Shown one piece after another: positions 11,007 to 21,580 of a stretch of 64,000 nt of DNA. Source of the DNA: Spirochaetia bacterium (GTDB lineage: Bacteria > Spirochaetota > Spirochaetia > WTKD01 > G963693115); NCBI GenBank assembly GCA_965226055.1, contig CBDDCA010000006.1, forward strand, positions 704,001-768,000, in the 5' to 3' direction. How positions within the stretch are numbered: the first letter of the stretch is position 1; every line of letters starts with the position of its first letter. The notes beneath the pieces are model-generated. The model ran no database searches and had not been told where the DNA came from. It worked only from the letters and a program-made list of their open reading frames with translations. A program made the position numbers and the translations under genes.

Positions 11007-11432
11007 GTGCCATCAATGATATCAAAGGATAGTATTGCTATTCTTATGGAAAAAGCACTTTCTGTTCGTCAGTATGCTCATGCTCCTTACTCTCATTTTA
11101 CGGTAGGAGCTGCGTTGTTGGGGGATGATAACATCTATTATGTAGGAGTAAATGTTGAAAATGCTTCTTATGGATTAGGGATATGTGCAGAAAGAAATGC
11201 TATTTTTAGTGCAAAGACACAGGGCATGCAGTATATACAGTCTATTGCGGTAGTAGGACAGACAAATGATGTTATAAGTCCTTGTGGAGCATGTCGTCAG
11301 ATTATTGCAGAGTTTAGTAACAGTGACACTACCGTTATATTAGGGAATGACAAAGGAGTATATAGACTGTACTCTATAGAAGAAATAATTCCATTTGCGT
11401 TTACTCTCAATGTTTCAAAAACAGAAGAGTAA
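11007..11432 (+). CDS. cdd: Cytidine deaminase
   Basis: APYSHFTVGAAL, NVENASYG, CAERNA, PCGACRQ. Confidence 0.95.
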   Translation: MPSMISKDSIAILMEKALSVRQYAHAPYSHFTVGAALLGDDNIYYVGVNVENASYGLGICAERNAIFSAKTQGMQYIQSIAVVGQTNDVISPCGACRQIIAEFSNSDTTVILGNDKGVYRLYSIEEIIPFAFTLNVSKTEE

Positions 11433-11623
11433 AAAAGGCTTCAGCAAATATCAAAAAAAGAAGGTATTCTCTTTCTTTTTTGTGTATTATATTATATATT
11501 GTTTTCGCAGATATAGTGTAAGATGTGTTTTACTTATACTCTTATAGAGTGTATTCTTTTTTTCTCCTTGAACTCGCAATAATACATTACATAAATGAGT
11601 TATATAAAAATGTAAAAAAAATT

Positions 11624-11637
11624 GGGGGGGGGGGGGG
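11624..11637 (+). repeat. Poly-G tract (G14) upstream of the giant lipoprotein promoter
   Basis: 14 consecutive G in otherwise very AT-rich intergenic DNA. Confidence 0.9.
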
Positions 11638-11662
11638 TAAAGCAATAAAATGTGTAAAAATA

Positions 11663-11692
11663 TTGCTATAAAAAAGAAAATACTGCTATAAT
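11663..11692 (+). promoter_or_regulatory. Sigma70-like promoter of the giant lipoprotein
   Basis: TTGCTA, 18-nt spacer, TATAAT preceded by TGC (extended -10). Confidence 0.6.
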
Positions 11693-11748
11693 AAGGAGTG
11701 TAAGGATGATGAGCAATCATCATATAAATAAAAAATATGGAGGTCCAT

Positions 11749-14700
11749 ATGAACCAAAAAAATAATAAGAATCATGCAAGAGGCATAAAGAATAGATATA
11801 TCGTGTTAGGGGCGATACTACTGATGATGGTAGTGGGAAGTTGTGAGGAGCCTGAAAGTAGCAGTAGCTCACCGTCAGCACCACCAGTACCACCGCCACA
11901 GGCAGTACTGTCATGGGAAGAATTGTATAAGCAAGAAGAGAAGCTGGTAGTATTATTTTCTGATCCGCTTGCGTCTTATGAAGCAAGCAAGATAGTAATC
12001 AACAAGACAGTAAAAGGAGGGACAGCAAGTAAGCTGGCATTGACAAAGGACTATACGCTAAAGCTGGAAGGGAAAACGCTTGTGATAACATTCACAAAGA
12101 AAGTAGAGAAAGAGGAGATGTATGCAGTGCAGATACAAGCAGGAGGAGTAAAGAGTACCGCAGGCAAGACAAATGAGCGATCAGAGGATAAGCGAGTAAC
12201 GATAAACAAGGAGCCTGAGCTAGAGATAGGGCTATGGTATATAGATCCTACAGGAGGCAAGAAAATAATAATAACATTTAATGAAGAAGTAAGGATACTG
12301 GATGCGAGCAAGATAAAGGCGCAAAAGAAGGAAGCAGACAGCTATGCAGATATAGAGGTATCATCAGTAGCAGTAAAAGAAGCAGATAAGAGTCAGTTAG
12401 AAATAGAATTAAAAGAAGGAGCAAAAGCCCAAGAGAAATACAAGGTGATCATAGAGAAAGGAGGAATAAAAGGAGCAACAGAAGGAAATGCGACCAGATG
12501 GGAAACAGGAGAGATAGAGTATCAACAAAATCCATTACAGGAGCAGGCAGTATATATAGTAGGAAAAAAGATAACAGTAGTATTTGGGATAGCATTAAAA
12601 AGTATAGAAGCATCCAAGATAAAAGTGAAGAAAAAGCAAGGAGAAAACTATGAAGAGTTGACAGTGTCTGAGCTTCCCGATATAAACAAGAAGATAAATA
12701 AGGAGCAAAAGAAGCACTTAGAGTTAGAATTAGGACAGGCTCCCAAGCAAGGAGAGGTGTACCGCATAGCTTTTGAAGCAGGAGCGTTGACAGATATAAG
12801 CAATCAACAAAGTGGGCAGAGAGAACCGACCGATAAGGACATAGAGATAAACGGGGGCCCGGTACTAGATAGCAGCAAAGATCCGTATATAGTAGGCAAA
12901 GAGATAACAGTAGCGTTTGATAAAGAATTAGTACTGCTGGATACGAGCAAGATAAAGGTACTGAAGCAAGCATCAGGCGGATCAGTCTTTAGTGAATTAG
13001 ATGCGACAGCCTTGCCCGAAGCAAATAAAGTACTGAATGGGAGTGATAAGAAACTATTAGAGCTGACACTATCAGAAACAGAAACGATACAAACAGGAGA
13101 CAAGTATAGGATACAGCTGGAAGCAGGAGCAGTAAGAGATACCGATGAAGGAAATGCAGAGATTTCACCGACCGATAAGGACATAGAGATAGAGGAAAAG
13201 CCTGAGTTATCTCCAGAGGGTCCGTACATAGTAGGCAGAGAGATAACAGTGAGTTTTGCAGGAGCAGTAACGCTGCTGGATGCGAGTAAGGTAAAAGTAT
13301 TGAAGCAATCAGGAGGAGCATCTAATTTTACAGAGGTGTCGGTGAGTAGTGTAGTATTGGACAGCAATGATACAACAAAGCTAAAAGTGACAATACCAGC
13401 GACACAGACAGGAGAAACCTATAGGATAAAGATAGAACCAGGAGCAGTAGAGAATGGGAACAAGAAAGCCAATGAAGAGCTAGCGCCAACGGATAAGGAC
13501 ATAATGATAACAGGAGGAGCAGTATTAGATACAAGCAAAGATCCGTATATAGTAGGCAAAGAGATACGAGTGTTCTTTACAAAAGCTATAGCATTCCTCG
13601 ATAAGAGCAAGGTAAAAGTATTGAAGCAAGCAGTAGGAGGATCAACCTTTAGTGAATTAAATACGACAGCCTTACCCGAAGCAAATAAAGTGATCAATAG
13701 CAGTGATAAGAAGCAACTAGAGCTGACACTTGTAGGAACAGTACAGACAGGAGAAACGTATAGGATAAAGCTAGAAGCAGGAGCAGTACTCTCTGAGAAT
13801 GAAGGAAATGCAGAGATTTCACCGACCGATAAGGACATAGTGATAACAGGAGGCCCGGTACTAGATAACAGTAAAGATCCATACATAGTGGGCAAAGAGA
13901 TAACAGTAATGTTTGATAGGAATGTGGAGATACTGGATAAAAGCAAGATACAAGTACTAAAGCAAGGAGCAGGAGAGTCAAAATTTAGTGCATTAAATAC
14001 CACTGCGTTGCCCGAAGCAAATAAAGTACTCAATGGAAGCAATAAGAAACAACTCGAACTGACGCTTGTAGGAACAATACAGACAGGAGACAAGTATAGG
14101 ATAAAGCTAGAAGCAGGAGCAATACGAGATACCGATGAAGGAAATACAGAGCTCGCACCAGAAAATAAGGACATAGAGATAACAGGAGGCCCGGTGCTAG
14201 ATAACAATCAAGCCCCGTACATAGTAGGCAAAGAGATAACAGTGACATTTGATAAAGCTATAGCATTCCTCGATAAGAGCAAGATAAAAGTATTGAAGCA
14301 AGCAGTAGGAGGGTCAACCTTTAGTGAATTGAATACGACAGACTTGCCCGAAGCAAATAAAGTACTCAATGGGAGTAATAAGAAACTACTCGAACTAACG
14401 CTTGTAGGAACAGTACGGACAGGAGAAACCTATAGGATAAAGCTGGAAGCAGGAGCCATACTCTCTGAGAATGAAGGAAATGCAGAGATTTCACCGACCG
14501 ATAAAGACATAGTGATAAAGGAGAATCCTGTGTTAAATAATAGTATCCCCCCGTATATAGTAGGAACTGTGATACGAGTAATCTTTGATAGAGTGGTAAG
14601 CATAGAGGACAAGAGCAAAATAAAAGTGCAGAAGAAAGCATCAGGAGGCACATTTACAGAGCTGGTAGTATCAGGAAGTAATAAAGAACTGGACACAGAT

Positions 14701-17700
14701 AAAAAGATACTAAAAATAACAATACCGTCTCCGACAACAGGAGACACATATAGGCTAGAATTGGAAGCGGGGGCTGTGAGTGCGAATGGGAGAGACAATG
14801 AGGCAATAGCACCGACCGATAAGGACATAGTAATAACAGGAGGCCCGGTACTAGATAGCAGCAAAGATCCGTATATAGTAGGCAAAGAGATACGAGTGTT
14901 CTTTACAAAAGCAATAACATTTTTGGATAAGAGCAAGGTAAAAGTATTGAAGCAAGCAGTAGGAGGCTCAACCTTTAGTGAATTGAATGCGACAGTATTG
15001 CCCGCAGCAAATAAAGTAATCAATAGCAGTGATAATAAGCAGTTAGAACTGACGCTTGTAGGAACAGTACGGACAGGAGAAACCTATAGGATAAAGCTGG
15101 AAGCAGGAGCAGTAAAAGATGCAAGTGAAGGAAACGCAGAGATCTCACCAACAGGGAAGGATATAGTGATAAGCGGAGGCCCGGTACTTGATGGAAATGT
15201 TACCTTAGCAAGTAAAGTGATAACAGTAACATTTGATAGAACAATAACAATAGTATCAAAGAAGAAAATAAAAGTACTCAAGAAAACAACAAGCGAAGTG
15301 AGCTATAAAGAAGTGAGTACCAGTGAATTACCGGAAGCCAATAAACAAAGGGCAGGAGGGAATGACAAGCAGCTGAAGTTGACGTTGGTAGGAACATTGA
15401 GAAACAACGATAGCTACAGAATAGCACTAGAGGCAGGAGCAGTGAAAGACACAGATGAAGGGAATGCAGAGCTAGCACCAACAGATAAAGATGTAGTGGT
15501 AACAGGAGGAGCGATGCTTGATGGAAGCAAAGCAATGTCAGTAGTAGGAAAAGAGTTTACCATACCGCTGGATAAAGTAGTGAGCATAGAGGATAAGAGT
15601 AAGATAAAACTGAAGAAGCAAGCAGTAGGAGGAAGTGCATTTATTGACTTAACTGACAGTGAATTACCAGCAGCGAACAAAGGATTAGTATCATCAAACA
15701 ATGCGTTGAAGCTAACTGTAGCACAGACCCCCACGACAGGAGAAACCTATAGGATAGAGCTAGAAGCAGGAGCAGTAAAAGCAGCAGGAGATATACTCAA
15801 TGATACGATAGCGCCAACGAACAAGGATATAGTGATAAGTGGCGGTCCAGTACTGGATAGCAGTACAGATCCATATATAGTGGGAGCAGTGATACTAGTG
15901 AGTTTTGATAGCACTATAACAATCATAGATAAAGATAAGATAAAAGTGCAGAAGAAAGCATCAGGAGGCACATTTACAGAACTGGATGATACAGCAGTAC
16001 CAGATAATAGTATAGTAAAAGATACGAACAATGCGAAAGTGCTAAAAATAACAGTACCAACCCCAAAGAAGAATGACACCTATCGCTTAGAGTTTGAAGC
16101 AGGAGCGGTATCCTCTGGAAATGAAGGAAATAGAACAATAGCACCGACCGACAAGGATATAGTGATAGCAGGAGGAGCAGTATTAGATACAAGTAAAGAT
16201 CCGTATCGAGTAGGAACAGTGATAATAGTGAGCTTTGATAAGAATATAGCATTTTTAGATAAGAGCAAGATAAAAGTGAAGAAGCAGGCAGTAGGAGGAA
16301 GTTCGTATACCGATGTGGCAGTATCGGGGAGTAATATAGCAAAAGATACGAATGATGAGAAAGTGCTAAAAATAACAGTGCCAACCCCACAGAATAAAGA
16401 GAAGTATCGCTTAGCATTTGAAGAGGGAGCCTTGCTCTCTGGGAAAGAAGGAAATGAGGCAATAACCCCGACAAATAAGGACATAACGATAGGAGATGGC
16501 CCTGTGTTGAGTGCAGGAACGAAGCTGAACGTAGCAAAGAAAAGGGTATTAGAAGTATCGTTTCCTGTAGAGGTAGAGCTCATAGCCCCAGATAGTATAG
16601 TGGTATCTAAAAAAGCAAAAGGAGGAAGTTTTAGTCCCTTAGGAACTTCCGATAGGACGATAGCAGTGGATAGTACCGATGAAAAGAAGATACAGATTAC
16701 GCTCACTAAAAGTGACTTAGCACAAGACGAGACATGGAAAGCAGAGTTTCCCGCAGGAACAGTATTAGGAGTAGCAAGTAGAAATGGAAATAGTACTAGT
16801 CAAATAACAGGAGAATATACGATAGATGATATATATGATTTGTACACATGGAAGCAACTGGTTACCAGCAATGAGGATCCTAAAAAGACGGGTATTTGGA
16901 ATAAACGTGAAAGACTTGGTTCTGTAGTGTTTAAGAATAGAATATGGGCATTGGGAGGAAACGATAGTAATGATAATTTTCTTAATGATGTATGGAGCAG
17001 TGCTGATGGGCAGGTATGGAAAGAACATACCACGAGTAACGAAGATAAAACAAGTACTATTTGGAGTAAACGTCAAGAGCTTGGTTCTGTAGTGTTTAAG
17101 AATAGGATATGGGTTATGGGAGGGATTGAGGATCCTTATATTGCACTTAATGATGTGTGGAGCAGTGCTGATGGAGAAGTATGGAAAAAGCACACCACGA
17201 GTAACAAAAATGGAACAAATACTATTTGGAGGGGACGTGCCCTATCAGCTGTGGTGGTATTTCAGAATAAGATCTGGATTATAGGAGGATACGAATCCCC
17301 TGATAGTCATCTCACTGATATATGGAGCAGTGCTGATGGGAATGTATGGGAAGAGCATAGTATAAGCGATTCTACCGGTGATAATACTAAATTATGGGGA
17401 CAAGCTGGTTATCCTTATAGTATTGTAGAGTTTAAGAGTAAGATATGGGTTATAGGAGGATACGACAAGAGCAAGACAGATTTTAGTAATAATAACATAT
17501 GGAGCAGTACTGATGGGATTGTATGGAAAAGGCATACTACAAGTTCAATTTGGGCTGATGGTCGTCACAATTTTACCTCTTTGGTGCTTGATAATAAGAT
17601 GTGGGTTGTTGGAGGTTCTACTGTTAAGGATAATGGTAATGATATATGGAGTAGTGCTGATGGAGAAGTGTGGAAAGTACATAGTGCTACCATAAACCAT

Positions 17701-17811
17701 AAAGAAATTCACAACTATGCTGCTGAGGTATTCAAGAACAAAATCTTTTTGCTAGGGGGATTTATAGAGAATTTTAAAGAAATCGATGATGTTTGGACAT
17801 TTCCCAACTAA
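11749..17811 (+). CDS. Giant surface lipoprotein with ~15 tandem Ig-like repeats and a C-terminal six-bladed Kelch-like beta-propeller
   Basis: GGAGGT RBS before ATG 11749; lipobox MVVGSC; Ser/Pro linker; ~110-aa repeats (GGPVLD..DPYIVGKEI.V.FD...YRI.LEAGAV...PTDKDI); six repeats of VFKNRIW..GG...NDVWSSADG..W. Confidence 0.85.
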   Translation: MNQKNNKNHARGIKNRYIVLGAILLMMVVGSCEEPESSSSSPSAPPVPPPQAVLSWEELYKQEEKLVVLFSDPLASYEASKIVINKTVKGGTASKLALTKDYTLKLEGKTLVITFTKKVEKEEMYAVQIQAGGVKSTAGKTNERSEDKRVTINKEPELEIGLWYIDPTGGKKIIITFNEEVRILDASKIKAQKKEADSYADIEVSSVAVKEADKSQLEIELKEGAKAQEKYKVIIEKGGIKGATEGNATRWETGEIEYQQNPLQEQAVYIVGKKITVVFGIALKSIEASKIKVKKKQGENYEELTVSELPDINKKINKEQKKHLELELGQAPKQGEVYRIAFEAGALTDISNQQSGQREPTDKDIEINGGPVLDSSKDPYIVGKEITVAFDKELVLLDTSKIKVLKQASGGSVFSELDATALPEANKVLNGSDKKLLELTLSETETIQTGDKYRIQLEAGAVRDTDEGNAEISPTDKDIEIEEKPELSPEGPYIVGREITVSFAGAVTLLDASKVKVLKQSGGASNFTEVSVSSVVLDSNDTTKLKVTIPATQTGETYRIKIEPGAVENGNKKANEELAPTDKDIMITGGAVLDTSKDPYIVGKEIRVFFTKAIAFLDKSKVKVLKQAVGGSTFSELNTTALPEANKVINSSDKKQLELTLVGTVQTGETYRIKLEAGAVLSENEGNAEISPTDKDIVITGGPVLDNSKDPYIVGKEITVMFDRNVEILDKSKIQVLKQGAGESKFSALNTTALPEANKVLNGSNKKQLELTLVGTIQTGDKYRIKLEAGAIRDTDEGNTELAPENKDIEITGGPVLDNNQAPYIVGKEITVTFDKAIAFLDKSKIKVLKQAVGGSTFSELNTTDLPEANKVLNGSNKKLLELTLVGTVRTGETYRIKLEAGAILSENEGNAEISPTDKDIVIKENPVLNNSIPPYIVGTVIRVIFDRVVSIEDKSKIKVQKKASGGTFTELVVSGSNKELDTDKKILKITIPSPTTGDTYRLELEAGAVSANGRDNEAIAPTDKDIVITGGPVLDSSKDPYIVGKEIRVFFTKAITFLDKSKVKVLKQAVGGSTFSELNATVLPAANKVINSSDNKQLELTLVGTVRTGETYRIKLEAGAVKDASEGNAEISPTGKDIVISGGPVLDGNVTLASKVITVTFDRTITIVSKKKIKVLKKTTSEVSYKEVSTSELPEANKQRAGGNDKQLKLTLVGTLRNNDSYRIALEAGAVKDTDEGNAELAPTDKDVVVTGGAMLDGSKAMSVVGKEFTIPLDKVVSIEDKSKIKLKKQAVGGSAFIDLTDSELPAANKGLVSSNNALKLTVAQTPTTGETYRIELEAGAVKAAGDILNDTIAPTNKDIVISGGPVLDSSTDPYIVGAVILVSFDSTITIIDKDKIKVQKKASGGTFTELDDTAVPDNSIVKDTNNAKVLKITVPTPKKNDTYRLEFEAGAVSSGNEGNRTIAPTDKDIVIAGGAVLDTSKDPYRVGTVIIVSFDKNIAFLDKSKIKVKKQAVGGSSYTDVAVSGSNIAKDTNDEKVLKITVPTPQNKEKYRLAFEEGALLSGKEGNEAITPTNKDITIGDGPVLSAGTKLNVAKKRVLEVSFPVEVELIAPDSIVVSKKAKGGSFSPLGTSDRTIAVDSTDEKKIQITLTKSDLAQDETWKAEFPAGTVLGVASRNGNSTSQITGEYTIDDIYDLYTWKQLVTSNEDPKKTGIWNKRERLGSVVFKNRIWALGGNDSNDNFLNDVWSSADGQVWKEHTTSNEDKTSTIWSKRQELGSVVFKNRIWVMGGIEDPYIALNDVWSSADGEVWKKHTTSNKNGTNTIWRGRALSAVVVFQNKIWIIGGYESPDSHLTDIWSSADGNVWEEHSISDSTGDNTKLWGQAGYPYSIVEFKSKIWVIGGYDKSKTDFSNNNIWSSTDGIVWKRHTTSSIWADGRHNFTSLVLDNKMWVVGGSTVKDNGNDIWSSADGEVWKVHSATINHKEIHNYAAEVFKNKIFLLGGFIENFKEIDDVWTFPN
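12853..16500 (+). repeat. Tandem ~330-bp intragenic repeats (Ig-like units), several with long near-identical DNA stretches
   Basis: Recurrent blocks such as ccgaccgataaggacata and gatccgtatatagtaggcaaagagata. Confidence 0.9.
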
Positions 17812-17820
17812 AAGCACACA

Positions 17821-17852
17821 AAAAGAGAGCAGGAGTATTTCTGCTCTCTTTT
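17821..17852. terminator. Bidirectional intrinsic terminator
   Basis: AAAAGAGAGCAG, 8-nt loop, CTGCTCTCTTTT hairpin between convergent genes. Confidence 0.85.
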
Positions 17853-17876
17853 TAATTTGCATAGAAGAGACAGGTA

Positions 17877-18359
17877 TTATGCTAATAGATTGAATAAATG
17901 CTTACAACTACGTTCTATTATGGCATACACATCATAAAAGGCTTGGTCACCATTATAATAAGGATCAGGCACAGAAAGATCTTTTTCTGTTGCTTGAGGA
18001 TCATATTCTCTTAAATAATGAACTTTTGTCAAAAGAGACTGTTTTGTAGAAGAAAGCATTCTCTGTATTTCAATAATATGGCTGGCATCCATAACATAAA
18101 TGTAATCAAATTGTTCTATATCAGCTAATTCTATTTGTCGTGATTTTTTATGTAATTGCCAGCCATATTCTGATGCAACAGCACGCATGCGTGTATCTGC
18201 ATTTTGTCCAATATGCCATGCTCCTGTGCCACAGGAATCTACTATGAAATTGTTGTGCTTGTTATTTTCTTGTGCAATTTTTTCAAATAGTCTGTGAGCA
18301 AGCGGGCTTCTACAGATGTTGCCTGTACATACAAACAAAATACTTATTTTTTCTTGCAT
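17877..18359 (-). CDS. Low-molecular-weight protein-tyrosine phosphatase
   Basis: VCTGNICRSP active-site loop and DPYY motif. Confidence 0.92.
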   Translation of the reverse strand: MQEKISILFVCTGNICRSPLAHRLFEKIAQENNKHNNFIVDSCGTGAWHIGQNADTRMRAVASEYGWQLHKKSRQIELADIEQFDYIYVMDASHIIEIQRMLSSTKQSLLTKVHYLREYDPQATEKDLSVPDPYYNGDQAFYDVYAIIERSCKHLFNLLA

Positions 18360-18372
18360 AATGATAGTTCCT

Positions 18373-19911
18373 TTATTGTTCTATGGTATATAATAGAGGG
18401 AGGATTTTCTTTACAAATTCCCATACACGAAATGTAGATTCTATATGTATTCGTTCCATAGGGGAATGTAAATACTGAATATCAGGACCAAAAGATATCA
18501 TATCAAGCTCATGTGCTACTCGTGTATTAAGCATAGCACATTCAATGCCTGCATGAACAGGAGCTACAACGGGAGCATGGTGATATATTTTTTTATATTC
18601 TTCAATAAAAAATGATAATAAGCGAGAGGTCGGTGCAGGACTCCATGCAGGATATGAATTTTCTGTTACTGTATGAATATCATCATCTGAGAAAATGCTG
18701 TTGAAGATACGGGTAAGGTATTTTTCTGCTACTGTACTAAGAAAACGGCAATTATTAACAATTTTTACTGTACCCTGAATAGTTTGAATGCTTGCAAGAT
18801 TATTTGACATAGTACTATCAATACTCTCAAGCCCTTTGCGATATAAAACACCAGTAGGACATAGGCGTAAAAGCTGTAATATACGATTGCATGAACGAGT
18901 ACTAAGTACATTTCTATTATCTATGGCATTGTTTTCACACAATGATATACGTATGTCTTTGTCTTTATCAGGTAGCTCAAGAATGATATTTTCTAAGCAA
19001 TGTTGTATGATTGTCTGAATATTGTCTGCGTCTGATGCTTGAATCCAACATTGTATTTGTGCAAAGCGAGGGATTGCATTTCGTTTATCGCCACCTTCTA
19101 TGGAAACAATATGGAGCTCATGCTGTTCTTGTATTTCGCTTAGTACCCATTCTATAACTTTAAGTGCATTTCCTCTTCCATCATAAATTTCCATACCACT
19201 ATGTCCACCAGACAAGCCTTCTACAGTTAATGTGTATGCTTTATATGTAGTACCCTGAATACTTGTTGTTGCTATAGGAATGCTACTTACAAAATCTTTA
19301 CCTCCAGCACAACCAGTACAAAAAAATCCTTCCTCAGAGTTGTCAATGTTAAGTAAGTACTTTGCATGAATCATGTCTTTTCCTAGATGAGCAGCACCAG
19401 TAAGTCCAATTTCCTCCTCTATGGTAAACAATAGCTCAAGTGGACCGTGCTGTATAGGACATTCTATGCTCATGAGTTCCATTGCCATTGCTACAGCAAT
19501 GCCATTATCTGCGCCAAGTGTAGTTCCTATTGCATGAAGCCACTGTGCTTCTTTTTCCTTATTGTCATGCTTATTTGATATATCTTGGGTATTCGGTACT
19601 GTAATTATTTCCAGCTGTAATCCTTCTTGTAAGAAATCTATAGATTTTTCAGCATCTTTTTCACATACCATATCAAGATGGCTTTGTATTGCACAAGGAG
19701 GAGCTTGTTCTAGGGCTTTTGTATTTGCAGGAATATATACCACGATGTTGCCATAGGTATCCTCTTTGTACTCTCGTTTCCATTTTTTTGCATACGATAG
19801 TACCCATTCTTTTGCTTTTTCTTCGTGTCCCGAAGGACGTGGTATCCCGCTTAATTCAATAAAATAACGAAATACTTCTTTTTGTTGTAATGATTCAATG
19901 TTAGTGTACAT
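18373..19911 (-). CDS. pepD: Aminoacyl-histidine dipeptidase (peptidase D, M20C)
   Basis: IPRPSGHE, QSHLDMVCEK, TTLGADNGIA, EEEIGLTGA, GGHSG, HAGIEC, SFGP...HSP.ER. Confidence 0.9.
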   Translation of the reverse strand: MYTNIESLQQKEVFRYFIELSGIPRPSGHEEKAKEWVLSYAKKWKREYKEDTYGNIVVYIPANTKALEQAPPCAIQSHLDMVCEKDAEKSIDFLQEGLQLEIITVPNTQDISNKHDNKEKEAQWLHAIGTTLGADNGIAVAMAMELMSIECPIQHGPLELLFTIEEEIGLTGAAHLGKDMIHAKYLLNIDNSEEGFFCTGCAGGKDFVSSIPIATTSIQGTTYKAYTLTVEGLSGGHSGMEIYDGRGNALKVIEWVLSEIQEQHELHIVSIEGGDKRNAIPRFAQIQCWIQASDADNIQTIIQHCLENIILELPDKDKDIRISLCENNAIDNRNVLSTRSCNRILQLLRLCPTGVLYRKGLESIDSTMSNNLASIQTIQGTVKIVNNCRFLSTVAEKYLTRIFNSIFSDDDIHTVTENSYPAWSPAPTSRLLSFFIEEYKKIYHHAPVVAPVHAGIECAMLNTRVAHELDMISFGPDIQYLHSPMERIHIESTFRVWEFVKKILPLLYTIEQ

Positions 19912-20073
19912 AGTTTAATGATATGCAAAAAAGCGTTTTTATGTGCGTTACTATTGTGTTACATATCGTTTATATTTCTCTATAAATGATATGGTACAGG
20001 TTACAATAAAGCTATAGAGTAATATGATATTGTAGAGTATAATAGTATATGTAATGAAAAGGGTATATACAGT

Positions 20074-21558
20074 ATGCAATATATAACATCTTATTCTATG
20101 CAATCATACAGACGAAACTGCACTATCGTGTTACTATCATGTAGTATGTTGTTTGTTCTGTTTCTCTCAATTATTGCCTGTGCTACAAGAAATATGCAGT
20201 ATGCAAGTACTGATATGCTTGTGCAAGAACAGAATTTTTCTGCAGCACGTCAAGAGATAGAAGCAAATAAGAGCAATCTCTATACAGCTGAAGATACTAT
20301 TCTCTATTATTTAGATGATGGTATGTTAGCTTTTTATGATAGAAAGAACACCGAAAGTATATCACAACTGAGTACTGCAGATCGTTTAATGGAAGATGCG
20401 TATACAAAAAGTTTTAGTCAAGAAACACTCAGTTTTATTCTTAATGATACCGTAAAAGAATATGCAGGAGAAGAACATGAGAGATTATTTACAAATGTAT
20501 TTCTTTCCTTAAATTATCTTCTGAAAAATAATTTTGATAATGGTTTCGTTGAAATGAGAAAAGCATTGAATGTTATTCAAAAGATACAGAATGATAATAG
20601 AATTTTGTACGATAGTTATGTTCAATCGGAGGATGCGTATGTTTCTTTAGATGAGTATGAGACACCAATTGTTGATAGTGCCTTTGTAAGATTGCTTTCA
20701 TCTTGGGTATATCGTGCAGATAGGGATATAAGTGATTATGAGGTAGCGTTACGAAACTATAATAACGCAGTACAGTTACAGCCGCATTTATATACTTTTT
20801 CTCCTCCTGAGTATGATATAGAACAAGGAGATGAAATATTTCGCCAATACACGCAATCTGCAAATGTGCAGATTGTAGCGTTTACAGGGCGTATTCCTAT
20901 AAAAGTAGAAAAGGGTTTTTCTGTAAATGCAGCTGAGGGGATAGCTGTTATTCATGCATTTGATGAGGAAGCAGTTTTAGATGGATATGCTGTTGCACAG
21001 TCAAATGATAGTTCTGTGTTAACTACCGCTATTGCGATACCAGATGATATATCATTTTCTGCACGGTTTTCTCTTCCTTATATTGTTAGGTATATTTCGG
21101 AAGTACAAGAGATAGAAGTATATGTTGATGATGATATGGTAGGAAAGCTGCAGAAAACAGAAGATATGGCTACTATTACACAGGCTATATTTGAATCAAA
21201 ACGAAATTTTATCTATGCTAAAACGATATCTCGGGTAATAGCAAAAGCACTTATTTCTACGTCAGCAACGCAAGCAGCGTCACAGGCTAATCAAACCGCG
21301 GGGTTATTGACTGCTGTTGCGGGAGGCTTATTTAATAATTTGAGTGAAACCGCAGATACTCGGTCAGCACGGTATTATCCTGGTGTTATATGGACAGGAG
21401 ATTTTTTATTGTCTGATATTGAGGAAGAAAAAGAACATACAATTACTCTTCAATACCTCAATGCTTTAGGGCAAGTACTCTATCAAGAAGAACAAATTGC
21501 TACTGTAGACTCTACACTCAATAAGCTCAATTTAATAACTTCGGTATTTTTGCATTAG
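20074..21558 (+). CDS. COG3014-like lipoprotein
   Basis: Lipobox SIIAC, helical N-half (YYLDDGML, EYAGEEHE), C-terminal ETADTRS motif. Confidence 0.65.
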   Translation: MQYITSYSMQSYRRNCTIVLLSCSMLFVLFLSIIACATRNMQYASTDMLVQEQNFSAARQEIEANKSNLYTAEDTILYYLDDGMLAFYDRKNTESISQLSTADRLMEDAYTKSFSQETLSFILNDTVKEYAGEEHERLFTNVFLSLNYLLKNNFDNGFVEMRKALNVIQKIQNDNRILYDSYVQSEDAYVSLDEYETPIVDSAFVRLLSSWVYRADRDISDYEVALRNYNNAVQLQPHLYTFSPPEYDIEQGDEIFRQYTQSANVQIVAFTGRIPIKVEKGFSVNAAEGIAVIHAFDEEAVLDGYAVAQSNDSSVLTTAIAIPDDISFSARFSLPYIVRYISEVQEIEVYVDDDMVGKLQKTEDMATITQAIFESKRNFIYAKTISRVIAKALISTSATQAASQANQTAGLLTAVAGGLFNNLSETADTRSARYYPGVIWTGDFLLSDIEEEKEHTITLQYLNALGQVLYQEEQIATVDSTLNKLNLITSVFLH

Positions 21559-21580
21559 CCATATTTTGTGATATTTTTGC

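Noticed and set aside
11452-11482. Possible terminator after cdd
   Set aside because: The stem is almost entirely A/T and imperfect; too weak to call.
11720-17193. Many long minus-strand ORFs inside the giant lipoprotein gene
   Set aside because: Ser/Leu/Phe-rich shadows of a repetitive purine-rich sense strand; no RBS or motifs.
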